64,000 nucleotides of DNA, taken from assembly GCA_965113315.1 (NCBI GenBank), contig OZ220363.1. One strand, 5' to 3'. The stretch is from Podarcis vaucheri (lineage: Eukaryota). Made by a program: the position numbers and the translations under genes. Positions 11,179 through 24,372 of the stretch are shown here, in pieces; the stretch's first letter is position 1, and every line of letters starts with the position of its first letter. The notes below the pieces were generated by a model. The model was not told the origin of the DNA. It did not search any database and worked only from the letters and a program-made list of their open reading frames with translations.

Positions 11179-12292
11179 AGCCAGCAGACAATTTAGCCTC
11201 TCAGCCCACAGGAATGAATGAAAATGCACCACCTTCAACCCAAAGCAGCAGTAGCAACAACATTGCCGGTTGCAATAACTCCTCAGCCATCCCCCAGCCC
11301 AACTCTGCCGTTAAACCCTGGCGCAGCAAGTCACTCAGTGCCAAGCACACAGCTACGTCTTCCATATTATCAGTAAAACAACAGGTCCAGGAACCTCCGA
11401 AATCCTCTCCAGAGATGGTCAAACCAACTCCCAACGGTCAGAAATCCATGCTGGAAAAGCTGAAGCTTTTTAATACAAAAGGAGGCTCCAAAGCAGGAGG
11501 GTCATCCCTTGAATGTCCGGGGTCTCGGGACACTAGTTGTGAAAGGCTAGAGGCCCTCCCTAGCTTTGAGGAAAGTGAAGAGATTGAAGCTGCGAATCGG
11601 AACGCAAACAACCCCCCATCAAACAGTCCCAAAATTGCACTCAAGGGAATTGCACAAAGAACGTTCAGTCGGGCACTGACCAATAAGAAGAGTTCCCCAA
11701 AGGGCAATGAGAAAGAAAAAGAGAAGCAGAAGGATAAAGAAAAGGAAAAGAGCAAAGACGTTGCCAAGAGAATATCCGTAACCGAGAAAGCAGATGTGAA
11801 AGAGGAGCTGAAAGAAGAACAGATCCCACCAGCTACAACCGAGATGCCAAAAAAATCCTCCAAGATCGCAAGCTTTATCCCTAAAGGAGGAAAGCTAAAC
11901 AGTGCCAAGAAGGAGGCACCTGCCCCTTCGCACAGTGGAATACCAAAACCAGGGTTGAAAACCGCCACAGGGAAATCCTCAAGTGCCCCAAGCTGTTCGG
12001 CAAAGGATGGCGAGAGAAGCCGCAGTGGGAAGCCTGCCTCAGGCCTCTCTCATCAGAAGCCCCAGCTGGACGGCAGGAATTCCAGTTCCACGTCAAGTTT
12101 GGCCTCCTCTGAAGGGAGAGGCATTGGAGGGGTGCCTGCTCTGAGTACTAGTAGCAGTACCCAGGCTGTCAATGGGCCCACAGGCAGTACCACACAGACC
12201 ACAGGAAGCAATACTGTGAGTGTTCAGCTACCTCATCCGCAACAGCAATACAGCCACCCGAATACTGCCACAGTAGCACCATTCATGTACAG
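11179..12292 (+). CDS. NAV2: Neuron navigator 2, large internal Ser/Pro/Lys-rich exon (1114 bp, phase 1-2)
   Basis: Pyrimidine tract plus CAG acceptor; AG|GTAGGA donor. Peptides KPWRSKSLS, QKSMLEKLKLFN, KIALKGIAQRTFSRALTNKK, KIASFIPKGGK and HPNTATVAPFMYR are recognisable NAV2 sequence. Confidence 0.97.
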
Positions 12293-12543
12293 GTAGGAGA
12301 ACCTTTTTAAGCAGGGTGTGTCAAGTCTGACTTGCTTAGCGTAGTCTGCTTCTTCTGTGGCATGCTTTCTCTAGAAGTAGGAAAAAACCTACAATAACAA
12401 CTTGAGTTTGGTTTCCACCCCAAACAAGCGTTCCAGATCCTAATAAGCAGCAGACTTGTGGTGTGCGTAGGACAGAGCTTCTTTTTATTTGTGTCTCGAG
12501 TTAACAGTGAAAGCGACACAAAAGAAGAAATACAACTGTAGTA

Positions 12544-12544
<1 letters not shown>

Positions 12545-12590
<46 letters not shown>
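12545..12590 (+). repeat. (AAT)n microsatellite, about 15 units
   Basis: Direct reading. Confidence 0.95.
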
Positions 12591-12591
<1 letters not shown>

Positions 12592-12769
12592 GTAAGATTA
12601 ATAACACGGGGCTGTTCAAGGTGCAAAATGAAAAATCCCTCACCACAACTATATAGCGATTATAGAGATGTTTGGAAATTGGCAGAAATGTTTAAAGCAG
12701 ATTGCTGAATCCAGATAAGACACAGATGCTGTTAGTGGTAGGTTTCTCAGCCTAGATGAGTAAATTACA

Positions 12770-13400
12770 TGCTGTTCTGGATGGAATGACACTCCCCTTG
12801 AAGGAGCAGCTGTGTAACTTGGGGATACTGTTGGATCTGGCATTGTCACTGGATGCAAAAGGGGTCTCAGTGGTATGAAGCGCCTCCTACTAGCTTTGGC
12901 TGGAAGCCCAGCTGACTTTGGCTGCCTATGTTCTGGTAACCTCCAAGTTAGACTAGTGCAGTGCATTGTACATGGGGCTGTCTTTGAAGTTGGTTTGGAA
13001 ACTACAATTAGATCAAAACGATGGTAACTCAGTTGTTAGCTGGGAGAAAAAGGCATTACCTTATAAAACTAGTTCTAACCCAATTGTGCTGGCTGCTGAT
13101 TTGTTTCTGGGCCAAATTCAAAGTGCAGGCTTTCACCTTTAATGTCATATACAAAATCAGGACTCCTATGCCTAAAGGACTGCATTTCCCCATATAAATC
13201 TGTCCAGAACCTGAGATCATCATGTGAGACCTTTCTCTGTGTGCCACCTTCAGGGGAGGTTTGGAGAGTGACAGTGAAAGAGCAGGCCTTTCCTGTAGGA
13301 GCTCCTCATCTATGGAATGCTCTCCCCTGGTGTCAACCTGGCATTGTTTTGGTACCAGACAAAGATTTTTTTCCCACTGGGCATTTTCTCTTATTATATT
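12770..13400 (+). mobile_element. Degraded L2 LINE 3' fragment
   Basis: Decayed match to the end of the young L2 ORF at about 40660-41290 (GTAACCTCCAAGTTAGACT..., CAAATTCAAAGTG..., TGGAATGCTCT). Confidence 0.7.
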
Positions 13401-13599
13401 TTTAATAGGTTTATATATTTTCTACTGTATTGCTGTGGCAATTCATAAAATTAATCAACTGACTCTGGCTGAAATGCTTTTTAAAATGCACAAACATTGA
13501 ATTCAAGGTTAAGAGACTAATCAGTTAATGGCTACATCCCACTATCATGATAAACTGCACACATAGTACCCCCCAGGCTTGTACACTCCCCTGCCCCTC

Positions 13600-13772
13600 T
13601 CCACAGTTGGAGGCAGCAATGTTCCTGAATGCCAGTTGAGGGAAACCATAGGAGGGGGTTGTGCTCTTGGGTTTGGGTCGTGCTTGTGGGTTTCCCACAG
13701 GCATCTGGTTGGGCACTGTTGTCACAGTGTGCTGGACTAGATGGTCATTGGTCTGATCCAGCAGCTTCTTCC
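13600..13772 (+). mobile_element. Old CR1-type 3' UTR fragment
   Basis: Reverse complement of the 3557-3830 family (GGCATCTGGTTGG...CTGGACTAGATGG...TCTGATCCAGCAG). Confidence 0.65.
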
Positions 13773-15185
13773 AATGCAACTGTGATGAGGCTCTCAGAAG
13801 CTTTCACTGCATCTTATCAGGTTGTCTGAACCCACCAAACTGTGATTTGTTTAAAACAAGCCAATTTCAAACTGTGTTTTATGAAGCTAGCTTGCTTCAA
13901 CAACCTATAGTTAAGATTAACTACAGTTTTGTGTTTGGACATAAGCTAAACCGTGGTTAGCTGCAGTCAGAAGTGAAAGCTTCCCAACTCCTCCTTGTGG
14001 ATAATCACTGGAGGAGGAGAGCAGACTAGGGATTGCACAAGTTTAAGGGAAATTAGCTGGTTGCTGTCATGAGAAAACGTAGTTTCTTGTGATGTCTGGA
14101 CGTTGCTGATGACTTTAAATTTCTTCTTGCAGTATTGGGAACATCTTTGATTTATTTCTGAGGACTTAGAATGTAATGTACTTAGAGGGTCATGAATGAA
14201 GCAATATCTAGACTGGATTTTCTGATACTTTGCGTTCATTTGAGAACATAAGATATATTCAATCCTTCTAAAAATAAGAATAAATAGGAATGCTCATAAT
14301 AAGAATACTCCTTCCCAGCATATGTCATTCTGTAGTTAATGAGCCCATGGAAATAAGCCATCTGCTTAACTTTGCATCAAAAGGATTCCTATCTGTTTTG
14401 GCATCTCTCACATGGCAGTGGGATATGTAAAGAAAGGCACCTTCTGTATAGTTCCAACATGAAAGTCAGCATAGATTGACATGCACTGACTGTTAGTCAA
14501 GAGTAAACTATTCACACATTGTGGCTCATACCCAACCCAGCCGAGGAGCTGATTTCTTTTTCTATACCAACCTTGCACAGGCATTAAGAAAATCATCCAA
14601 ACCACATGCTGAGCCACTTCACACAAAGAGTGAACCATGATATAGCAGCTGTCATGTGGTCACCATCACAAGTAAACCAGCCCCTAAATTCTAGAATAAA
14701 AATTAACAGAGATTTTTTACAAAAGCACTAGGAAGTTATATGCTGTTTTAATATGATAGATCTAAAACACTATGCCTCTTGGAGGAAAGGTGGTACACAA
14801 ATGGAACAAATACTTTAAATAAAAAAAAGAAACTGACACAAACATCCTGCATCCCATTGCCTAAAGTAGTCTCTGTTGTCATCAGTGATGGCTGGATCAT
14901 AAAACAGCAATAAAGGTTGTTGACCAGGCTGAACGCTTAATTTAAAAATGTGAAGGTATTTGTATAGCCAGTCTGTGGGCCTGCAAAGCCTGTATTTGAC
15001 AGTGAATATTTCATATATTTTTTACAGTTGAGTGCTTGTTTCCATTTCTAGGACATAGCTCAACATGGGACTAATGAATTATGTAAAGTCAGTCTGCTAG
15101 TATATCCTGGGGAGAGGACACAATGCGAGATGGCAAGTGTACTTGTATTGGTACTGGAATTCTTTTTTGCCATATGAATGACTAC

Positions 15186-15188
<3 letters not shown>

Positions 15189-15238
<50 letters not shown>
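15189..15238 (+). repeat. (TC)25 microsatellite just upstream of an acceptor
   Basis: Direct reading; ends 14 nt before the AG at 15253-54. Confidence 0.95.
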
Positions 15239-15242
<4 letters not shown>

Positions 15243-15254
15243 TTTGAACTTAAG

Positions 15255-15373
15255 ATCCCAGACAGACAATGAAGGGAATGTAACGGCTGAGCCCAGCACT
15301 GGAGGGATGAGCACGAGCATGGATTCTGCTCCTTACACTAAAACTACACAGCCTATTTTAGAAGATCTTTCTG
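15255..15373 (+). CDS. NAV2: NAV2 internal exon (119 bp, phase 2-1): SQTDNEGNVTAE...LEDLS
   Basis: AAG acceptor, G|GTAAGA donor, in frame with both neighbours, matches NAV2. Confidence 0.95.
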
Positions 15374-17947
15374 GTAAGACTTACATGTGTTGACTTTGTT
15401 AATACAGAGGGGGGAAAGGATGGGGCTAAATGACATCATTAGTTACCACTATCTCCCTTCTGTGATAGGAAGGAGATTAGTGTGCATTTTTATTCTGATT
15501 CTGGGTGAAAAGGCCCTGCCTAACCTTCCCAGTCCTGTTCTTTGGCTGCAAATGTGGGGACCATTTTTCCAGGATGGGCTGGATAAATCCTTAAAATTTA
15601 GGGGCTGGGAGATTCACATTGCATGACCAGTAGAGAACATTCTCTGCCTTAATTAAATTTATTATTTTATTACCACCTTTATTTTATTTTATTACCGCCT
15701 TTATTACTCCTTTTTGCCACCATGGCAAACAGTGGGAGTCCTGTTTATTTATTCAATACGTTTGTTAGTTGATGTAAAAATAAATCTCTATATGGTTTAC
15801 ATAAAATATAACCATGAAGGTATCAGTATAAAAGTAGAATAACAATATTTGAATAAGACTTTTTGAAAGCGAAATACAAGCAGAGCAATACTATATACCA
15901 TATATAAAACTTAGCAGTGCGTAGAGCCCTGGAAAGCTTGAATAGGCATACATAACTTAAAGAGGTGATTAAGGCTGGTTACTTTACTCTGCTGCTTGAA
16001 CTAACTGAAGGGCATTCCAAAGGGTGGATCTATCACCAAGAAAGTCCACTTCTGTGCTGGAACCAAGTGATAGTATGTTGGTTAAGAAATTGCTAGCAGA
16101 GCTTCAGCAGAAGATTTCGAGGCTCATCTTGGTCTATGCTGGAGGAGGCAGTCTGCTGTTATTATTTATTAATTTATATACCACTTACTTGCCAATATGG
16201 CTTCTAAGCAATTGTTCAGGGTCTTAAATATCAACAACAAAGCATCAAACCTGGCTCTGTAGCCAGGATCTTTCAACACCAGTGCAATTGTGCAAAGCTG
16301 GGTGTCCCACTTTGTACTAGATTATGCTGGTGAGCTAGGCAGAAGGGTAGCTCCACATACTGTACTGCACATTACAGTAATCTAGAGAGGGTTAAAAGTG
16401 CATGGCCAACTGTGGCGAGGCTGCTCTTGTCTGGGAGTGATCATAGCTGCTGAACCAACTGAAATGACAATGGGCAAGCCAAGCAACTGTAGCCATCTGG
16501 GCCTCTAGTGAGAGATTGGCTACCTAAGGTATATAGAAACACATATCAGCATAACCAGTAAGGAAAGATATGCATTTCCCATGTAGTGGTGCCTCAGGAA
16601 ATCTTCCAGACCTGAGTTACACATCTACAAAAAGCAAATAATAGCTAACTCGTATTGGTCCTTTGTCATCAAAACTGGAAATGTTTTATTTTAGCACACT
16701 GTAACTTTTGATCAAGCACCATGAGAAGTGGGACAACAGTTTCGCAAAGACAGATGGTTAGTGGCATTCAGCAGATAGTCTTATAAATTGTAGGCCGCTA
16801 GCAAAATAAATTAGGGTGAGGAAGAAGCAGTATGGAGATAAAGAATGAATGAGCTTCTGAATCTGTATAGTTAATAAAAACCACTTTAGGACAAGCTTTC
16901 TCATCTCTTCCTAGGGTACCCTCATCAGATCAAATAAGTTATGTATTAAAAACTCAGGCTTCACTTAGGTTAATGAACACATGAAAATGATTTTTCACTT
17001 TGAATCTGTGATTCATTCCATGAATTAACAGAGTTCTCCTTTCCGTTTTGCAAGACAAGTATTTGCGGTACAAAAGATCATTGTTAAAAATACCTCAAAT
17101 ATTATGCAACTTCCACATTTTCCTACAAAATTCAAAATGTGAGGAAAGTATGCCAAGAAGACATCTACTTTAATTTCTTGCACAAGAAATCGTATTATAA
17201 AAGAGAATAACAGTTTTGCAAGACTGAGGAGTCCTTGTAGTGTCTTTAACACACACACCCAAAAAAACCTGGATCACTAAAACTTACAGGATTGCAAAAG
17301 CTACTCTGTAGTTCATTTTAAATCAAGACTCATAAAAGTAGATTTTTGGAATATGATCCTTTGTTACAGTCCTCATACTGGTGAGGGTTTAGTTGTTTCC
17401 CTTTCAGTCAGCCAGCATGATAACTGATACGATGCAAGGATGTGTTGAGCGAGAAAATTCATACTTTTTCAAGCTAAAGAACTGTTTGGTCAACTAAGTC
17501 TGTTCAGGCTCCTATAAGCAGCATTTTTTATTTTTAAAAAGGTAAGCATCTTATGTTCAAAAGTGACTGAAGTATTCCAGTTATCAGCGCTTTCAAACTA
17601 CAGTCTTTATCGTGCCGTACTATATTCTTCTGAAATGCACTGAGTATTTGCTTTAACAATTAAGTGATCAAGAATATGGCTTAGGAAAAAGACCTTGTCA
17701 GAAGCAACAATAATATTTTGGTATATTAAGCATTTGATACTGGTCGTTGTGGAAGGGATCCTCCTAATGTCATTAATGTGCTATTGTACAAAAACAGTAG
17801 GTACCCATTCCATATAAAACTGATGCCAGTGTGCATTAACTGTAAAAGAAGTAATCTACATTTGGGCTGGAGCCATAAAAAGATGACAATTTCTGTTGGT
17901 AATAAAATCTAGTTGTTTTCCCCTCTAACAATTATATTTTTTCATAG

Positions 17948-18056
17948 GGGAAGATCCAGAAGCTCGACGATTGCGAACCGTCAAGAATATCGCTGATCTT
18001 CGACAAAACTTGGAGGAGACCATGTCAAGCTTACGAGGGACCCAGGTTTCTCACAG
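17948..18056 (+). CDS. NAV2: NAV2 internal exon (109 bp, phase 1-2): GEDPEARRLRTVKNIADLRQNLEETMSSLRGTQVSHS
   Basis: CTCTAAC branch-like site, TAG acceptor, AG|GTGGGA donor; conserved navigator coiled-coil motif. Absent from the ORF track. Confidence 0.97.
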
Positions 18057-19034
18057 GTGGGAGGAATGAATTGCTTCTCTGTTCAAATAGAAGAAGAACT
18101 GTGGGGGCCTGTTTTTCCTGTCCTTGACTCAGTTTTTGCCCCGAGAAACGATTTAAGACTGGTAATGACAAGCATTGACTAAACTAAGCATGTATTGTGC
18201 TTTATTCTTTTTTAAAACTAAAAGCCCAGGTTCTAAACTGTCTAAAGATGATGGAGTAAATTTTGCTAGTGGAGAAAACCAGACTGTATATAGAAGCCTA
18301 ACCCTGAATAAATGCTTGTTACATACTTTAGGTGATGTTTGAATAAAAATGTGCAAAGGTTACTACTTAAAATGTTACTTACGAGAGACTTCAATGCATT
18401 TTTACCAGATTTACAATATTGTGTTTAAACAAGCAGCTGAACTTTACGTGACCTGTTTGATAAGGTGCATAGCTTGAATTCCTACCTGCTCTTTGGTCAA
18501 ACAAAGCCTTATAATTTTTTTAAGTGATGTACATGTATATGATTTTTAAGAGAAAAGCAACTTTTGGGACTCTCCAGTAACATTTCAGAGATGAAACAAA
18601 ATGTCTGTTGTTAAGCCAATACTCAGTTAGATTGCCAACTTAAGTTTTTAACAAAAGGTTTTGGAAGGAATATGACGTGCAAAGACATTCAAGAGCTAGT
18701 TTAATTTGACTGTTAAGTGGTTGGATACCTCTTAGCATAAGATCTCAAATGAATTCAACATTTGAAAGTTTGCCTGGAAAATTCAATTAATTTAGTTCCT
18801 GCACTTCGGAACTTCCAGCACATCAGTTTTCCTTTTGAAGTTTAAATTAATACAGTGGCTCAGTGTGATTAATGACAATTACTATGGAGTCATTAGACTT
18901 GCTCAGAACCCTGTAGAATACTTATTGTTCTGGCAGATAGTCAGAATGGAGGCATTTTGCATGTTTCAGTGCCCGTTCTTATAGTATACGTTATGTAACT
19001 AGGAAATAAAATCAGCCACAAAAGAAATAATGAA

Positions 19035-19210
19035 GACCCATATAGTTCAGTGGTAGAGCAAATGCTTTGCATGCAAAATGTGCCCCAGTATCTCTAGGTA
19101 GGGCTGGAAAAGACTCCTGCCTGAAATCCTGGACACCTGGCACCATTCAATGACATGGAGTTTGATGGATCAGTGGTTTGACATGGTATAACTCAGATTC
19201 CCAAGTTCCT
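19035..19210 (+). mobile_element. Degraded tRNA-derived SINE (Squam2-like, CR1-type tail)
   Basis: tRNA-like head TAGTTCAGTGGTAGAGCA...TTTGCATGCA followed by a CR1-like tail; inverse copy near 61691. Confidence 0.6.
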
Positions 19211-20423
19211 CTTTTCAAGCAGTAACTGTAGAAAATGATTGAAAAATAGTGTACAATGTTTCTTGTTAATCAAAGAAAGGCTGCTCCCAGTAACAAATAT
19301 AAAATCTGGAAGAATACTTGGATCTTACTGCAAGAAACCTTAAAACACTGCCTTGGGACCAGAGTGGTCCTTCCATTTTCAAAAGGGCTGGCAATATAGT
19401 GAAGGCAATTTCCTCCCATCCTTTCTCTGCATCTTCCAGGATCACCTACCACACAGGTCTGGAGGGTCCTTCAATATTCCAGCGCAGATTTTCAGGGGAC
19501 ATAGGGCACTGCAGATGGGGAAATGAAATCAAACATAAAATTCATTCGCAATATCACTGAATCCAGGCCATTGTATACACTTAATCCAATTTTTTGATGA
19601 TCAAATTAGCATTTCAGCTAACTGTTAAAGGAAGCTAATAAAACCACAAGAATGTGACATTCTGTGATTTGCAGCTGTTAAATCACCCAGCACACCATAT
19701 TATAACATTAGGAATCCAAGCTCCCTTTTCAACCTCCAAGGAAAAAATGCAATAGCCTAAATTGTATTTTTAAAGTATTTCTTGTCTTGAGAGGTGTAAA
19801 GCTTTCACTTAGTCACAGTGATGAAGCATGTGTTGCTCAAATATGTTCCCTGTAGGATTCCTTCAGCAAGGATGAAGATTTTTAATTAAGTGCCTACCTC
19901 CATATTCACAGTACATGCAAATATATTTCTGTCCTTTCAGTGTTGTAGGTCATAGAGGTCTTAACACAAAACAAGGCTGCAGGTTAAAATTGGAATGAGG
20001 GAGACCAGAATAGTGAATATTAACTTAACCCTTAGGTTTTTGGTTTTTTTAAGAGTTAGACTAGAGTTCAATGTATCTAAGCATAATTTCAGCAGAAGAG
20101 GTTTGAAATGAATCCAGTATTTTAAAAATACAATTGTGTTTCTATTAAATCCCTTTATAACAGGCATGGGAAACCTCCTTCCCAAAGGCCTAATTAGGCC
20201 TTCCAAGCAGCCCCATTTGGCCCAAAAGGGGGTTTGCAAGACATTTTGGAGTCCCAACTATCAGCTGATAGGGTCTTCAAAGTGTAGCACATTGCAAGTA
20301 CAAACCATCAGCTGTATTTGTAACAATGGGGGGGCTTGTTATTCACTACAAATGCAATGCATTTTGATTAAAAGTTTCCCTGTTTTAATTTATTTCATAA
20401 TTTTGATTTCTTATTCTTTCAAG

Positions 20424-20813
20424 CACCTTGGAGACCACCTTTGATACCAATGTCACCACTGAAATAAGCGGACGCAGTATTCTCAGTATGACCGGAAGGC
20501 CAACACCCTTATCATGGAGACTTGGGCAGTCTAGTCCCCGCCTTCAGGCAGGTGATGCTCCATCAGTGGGCAATGGATATCCTCCAAGAGCCAATGCCAG
20601 CCGGTTCATCAATGCAGAATCAGGGCGTTATATGTATTCAGCTCCCTTAAGAAGACAGCTAGCATCGCGGGGCAGTAACGTTTGTCATGTGGATATCAAT
20701 GACAAAGGAGGTGATGAAATAGATCTTGAAGGAATCAACATGGATGCCACGGGTTACATGAGTGATGGAGACGTTCTGGGGAAAAATATAAGGACTGATG
20801 ATATTACAAGTGG
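20424..20813 (+). CDS. NAV2: NAV2 internal exon (390 bp, phase 2-2): TLETTFDTNVTTE...GYMSDGD...DDITSG
   Basis: AAG acceptor, GG|GTGAGT donor; SPRLQAGDAPS and GYMSDGD navigator motifs. Confidence 0.97.
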
Positions 20814-21263
20814 GTGAGTACATTCAAGTTTACTGATATAATAATAATATTATTAATAATAATTGTATAATCTTCCTTTGAGCCAGAATTGGCTCACAGA
20901 GCATTTTATAACCATTACAATACTTTATGAAAATACGTAGTATTAAAGATACATGGACGTGTGTGTTTATGGTAGCTTCAACTGGTTCCATGAAGCTGAT
21001 GATCCAAGTCTAGATGTTAGGCTCTTCCCTACAGGAGAAGGGAGGGGCAAGAAGAACTGCAGGTGGCCATAAAGGCATCAGGACTAATAAATTATCAGAT
21101 GTACTTTGTTTGCTTGACACAGGATGCAGATGTTCAAGCACTTCCATAAGAATGTAGATTTTGTTCCTGTTATGCATGCCTGATGCAGACACTTTTATAG
21201 TGATATGTCTCTTAAGAACACTACAGTCTATTACAAGGATCTGTAAAGCAGTTGGTTGAGTTA

Positions 21264-21499
21264 TAGTGGTACCTTGGGTTAAGAACTTAATTTGTTCTGG
21301 AAGTCCGTTCTTAACCTGAAACTGTTCTTAACCTGAGGTACCACTTTAGCTAATGGGGCCTGCTGCCACGCCGCTGCTGCACGATTTCTATTCTCATCCT
21401 GAAGCAAAGTTCTTAACCCGAGGTACTATTTCTGGGTTAGCGGAGTCTGTAACCTGAAGCATATGTAACCTGAAGCGTATGTAACCTGAGGTACCACTG
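21264..21499 (-). mobile_element. Tigger-like MITE (same family as 31318 and 32500, opposite orientation)
   Basis: TA flanks; (C/T)AGTGGTACCT TIRs; interior is the reverse complement of 31318-31559. Confidence 0.88.
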
Positions 21500-21755
21500 T
21501 ATTTGGTTTTTTCAGGGTAATGGGACACCCCACAGCAAACACGCCACTCCTCCCTAGTATATTGTGGCATGGTAGGACACTGAAGCAGCATGTTGAATTA
21601 TTGACTACTATAAAGTTTCAAATTCTTGGGGGGATATGTTTTCTTGCCACCATTCTTCAGAAAATTTGTACAAATAGTTTGCATTTTAGAAACATTTTAG
21701 AATGCTCACAGTCTGTAATGGTAGAATTAAATTTAACACCTCTGCCTTAACTATA

Positions 21756-21870
21756 CAGTCAAACCTCGGTTGTCAAATGTAATCCATTCCGGAAGCCTGT
21801 TTGGCTTCCGAATTGTTTGACAACTGAGGCACGGTTCCGATTGGTTGCAAAAGCTTCCTGCACTCAAGCA
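21756..21870 (+). mobile_element. Truncated Tigger-like MITE (one TIR)
   Basis: TA followed by CAGTCAAACCTCGGTTGTC; no second end found. Confidence 0.55.
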
Positions 21871-21917
21871 GATTATAGTGAAGGGGTGTGTTGTGTTTTA
21901 GTGGGTGTCTAAAAGAG

Positions 21918-22283
21918 GGACGCGGGTGGCGCTGTGGGTAAAACCTCAGTGCCCAGGACTTGCCGATCGTATGGTCAGCAGTTCGAATCCCCACGGTGGG
22001 GTGAGCTCCCGCCGTTCGGTCCCAGCTCCTGCCCACCTAGCAGTTCGAAAGCACCCTTAAGTGCAAGTAGATAAATAGGTACCGCTTTATAGCGGGAAGG
22101 TAAACAGCGTTTCCGTGCGCTGCTCTGGTGCTGGCTCGCCAGAACAGCTTCGTCACGCTGGCCACGTGACCCGGAAGTGTCTTCAGACAGCGCTGGCTCC
22201 AGGCCTCTTAAGCAAGATGAGCACGCAACCCCAGAGTCAGTTGTGACTGGCCCGTACGGGCAGGGGTACCTTTACCTTTACCT
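21918..22283 (+). mobile_element. Sauria SINE (Squam1/POM-like), full length
   Basis: GGACGCGGGTGGCGCTGTGG head with A/B boxes (GTTCGAATCC), (ACCTTT)n tail, TSD TAAAAGAG (21910-17 and 22284-91). Confidence 0.93.
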
Positions 22284-23841
22284 TAAAAGAGAATTGCTGC
22301 ACCATTCCCTGATACCACAAGGGGGTGCATATTTCTACTCTTAGTTCAACAAGAGCTTTTTCAGAATTATTTTAAAAATCTAGATGCTGGCAAGTTAATA
22401 CAGGAGATTATCATTACGTGGAAATTATGTTTGTTATGCAACATATACTGCTTGTAGGTGAAGATTTTGAATACACTTGATGGGCCTTCAGTGAAATGAT
22501 TTATCAAAAAACATTAATAATGTGGAAGTATTCCTACCGAAAAGGAAGGAAGGAAACATTGATCAGAAAATGATCACTTTTAGTATTGTATACATGGTAT
22601 ACAAATCCGTTTTCTGAAACCAAATAATGTTATTTATTTAAACACACATCTTTATAGGAAAATAATTACTTCAAGAAAACAGAATTAAAAAGGCTGGTGC
22701 TTTTTTAAAAGCTGTGTCGGACCAGGAGAACCTCTAAAAAACTTCAGTTACAAAATCTGGGCTCTCCACACATTGAACATTATGGACCCCATCCTTATTT
22801 GTCTCTCCTTCCTTGCCCCCCTAAATACAGATGTACCTATCGCAATCTGATGTCATTAAGTAGAGAGCAGGTGCAAATGAAATGTGTGTTTGATTCAAGA
22901 AATGGTTTATAACAGTTTTTATGGATCAAATTAATCGGCCAAGATAAAAAGAAGAAGTAGAGATTCCTTAGGATCTCTTGCCAGATTTAAGGGACATAAA
23001 ATTCCCACCAAGTACTACCTGTTTGCCAGTTGGCTGGTCTCAGTATATGGTACAAACCACATACACTAGGGTCACAGTTTGGCTGGTGCCTTCATGGAAG
23101 TGACTTTTGTGTTGAAATTACTGTCTTGTCCATGGGTTTTAGGTGTGTCAGTCCCATATAAATGTAAACTGTTGCAGGTACACCAAGGTAAAAAGTGGAG
23201 GGGAATGGATTTAGTGCCCTGGTCCAGCATTGGCTCCCTGATCAAATCATCCCTCTGACTGTTTTGAACTAAAAACAACTTCAAGTCCATAGGAAATGTA
23301 ATCATGGATCTCCTGGCATCTTGTCTAGTTTGGTCCTTACCTGAAACATCTTGAATTTGAGGCTGCTGATTTTTACTCTGACAGTTTCAAAAGCACATTG
23401 TAAAAAAAACGGACACACACACAAATAAATATTCTATCCTGCAAAAGGTTTAGGAAATGATTATCAAAAGAACCCTTTAGCAACCAGTGGTCTAGCAAAC
23501 ACACGGCTTGCCCATCCCATGTTTCTGCAAATAAAGTAGTGCAAGACTTTGCTTTTCAGTGTTTCTTGTGCTAATATTTGCAAAGCAAATGACCTTTACC
23601 TGAAACTGCATTTGGAATGCATTTTATTTCCAAGAGAGTTTATTTTAAATGATTGTGAATCCTTTCATCAAAGGAATGTCTTCGGTCAATAAAATACATG
23701 CATATGCACATTCAATTGAATTGGGGAAAATTATAGGCTTCCTATAGATGGTTGTCTTATTTCTTAGGATACCTTTGCACAAGCACTTGCAGAGACAGAT
23801 GCCTATGCTTTGTACAAGTTTTGGTTTTTTGTTTGTTTGTA

Positions 23842-23855
23842 GCTCCATCTAGTGG
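23842..23855 (-). promoter_or_regulatory. CTCF-like motif
   Basis: Minus strand CCACTAGATGGAGC versus consensus CCASYAGRKGGCRS; motif match only. Confidence 0.45.
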
Positions 23856-23964
23856 TGGATGATTTCGATAATATATTAGCATATGCCTGTGAAACTCAAG
23901 TGTTGTACAGCAAACCTGTTACTGTCAGGTAGCATTGCAGTTTCCTATTCTTGAATGTGAAACC

Positions 23965-24372
23965 CTCAGGAACAAAAATAGATGAAAAATTCAGAAAAGG
24001 ACGTAATTTGAAGTAACATTATGTTCGAGCTAAGTAGTTTACTCTATGATAAAATCACGCAAAAGTTGGAACATAATATTGGAGATCTATATAATAAGAA
24101 TGGAAGTAAGGTAATAATTTGCTGCATGTAACGATATGATCGAGAACGCAGGGAAGGGAGATGTGAGGAAGTCTGAAGATTATGAAAGTATGATTTGTGA
24201 ACAACATTTATTCTAACTTCTATCTCTTTATTTCTTTTTCTATCTTTTCTTTATTTTATAACTATAACTCTATTTTATATTCTTCTTATATTTTTGTATG
24301 TTATATGGTGATGGTAATATGTATGTTTGGTGTTTTAAAAAACTGTAATAAATATCTTTTTTTAAAAAAAAA
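23965..24372 (+). mobile_element. 5'-truncated L1 3' UTR fragment
   Basis: A-rich body, G-rich...GAAGTC motif, T-rich tract, AATAAA and A-tail, in the same order as the L1 3' UTR at 39071-39459. Confidence 0.55.

Noticed and set aside
11438-11968. 176-aa antisense ORF
   Set aside because: Shadow of the NAV2 exon; low complexity with no independent signals.
21918-22000. tRNA genes at SINE heads (also 19035, 50596, 62121)
   Set aside because: A/B boxes run into SINE bodies and tails, three of the four with TSDs; no complete cloverleaf.
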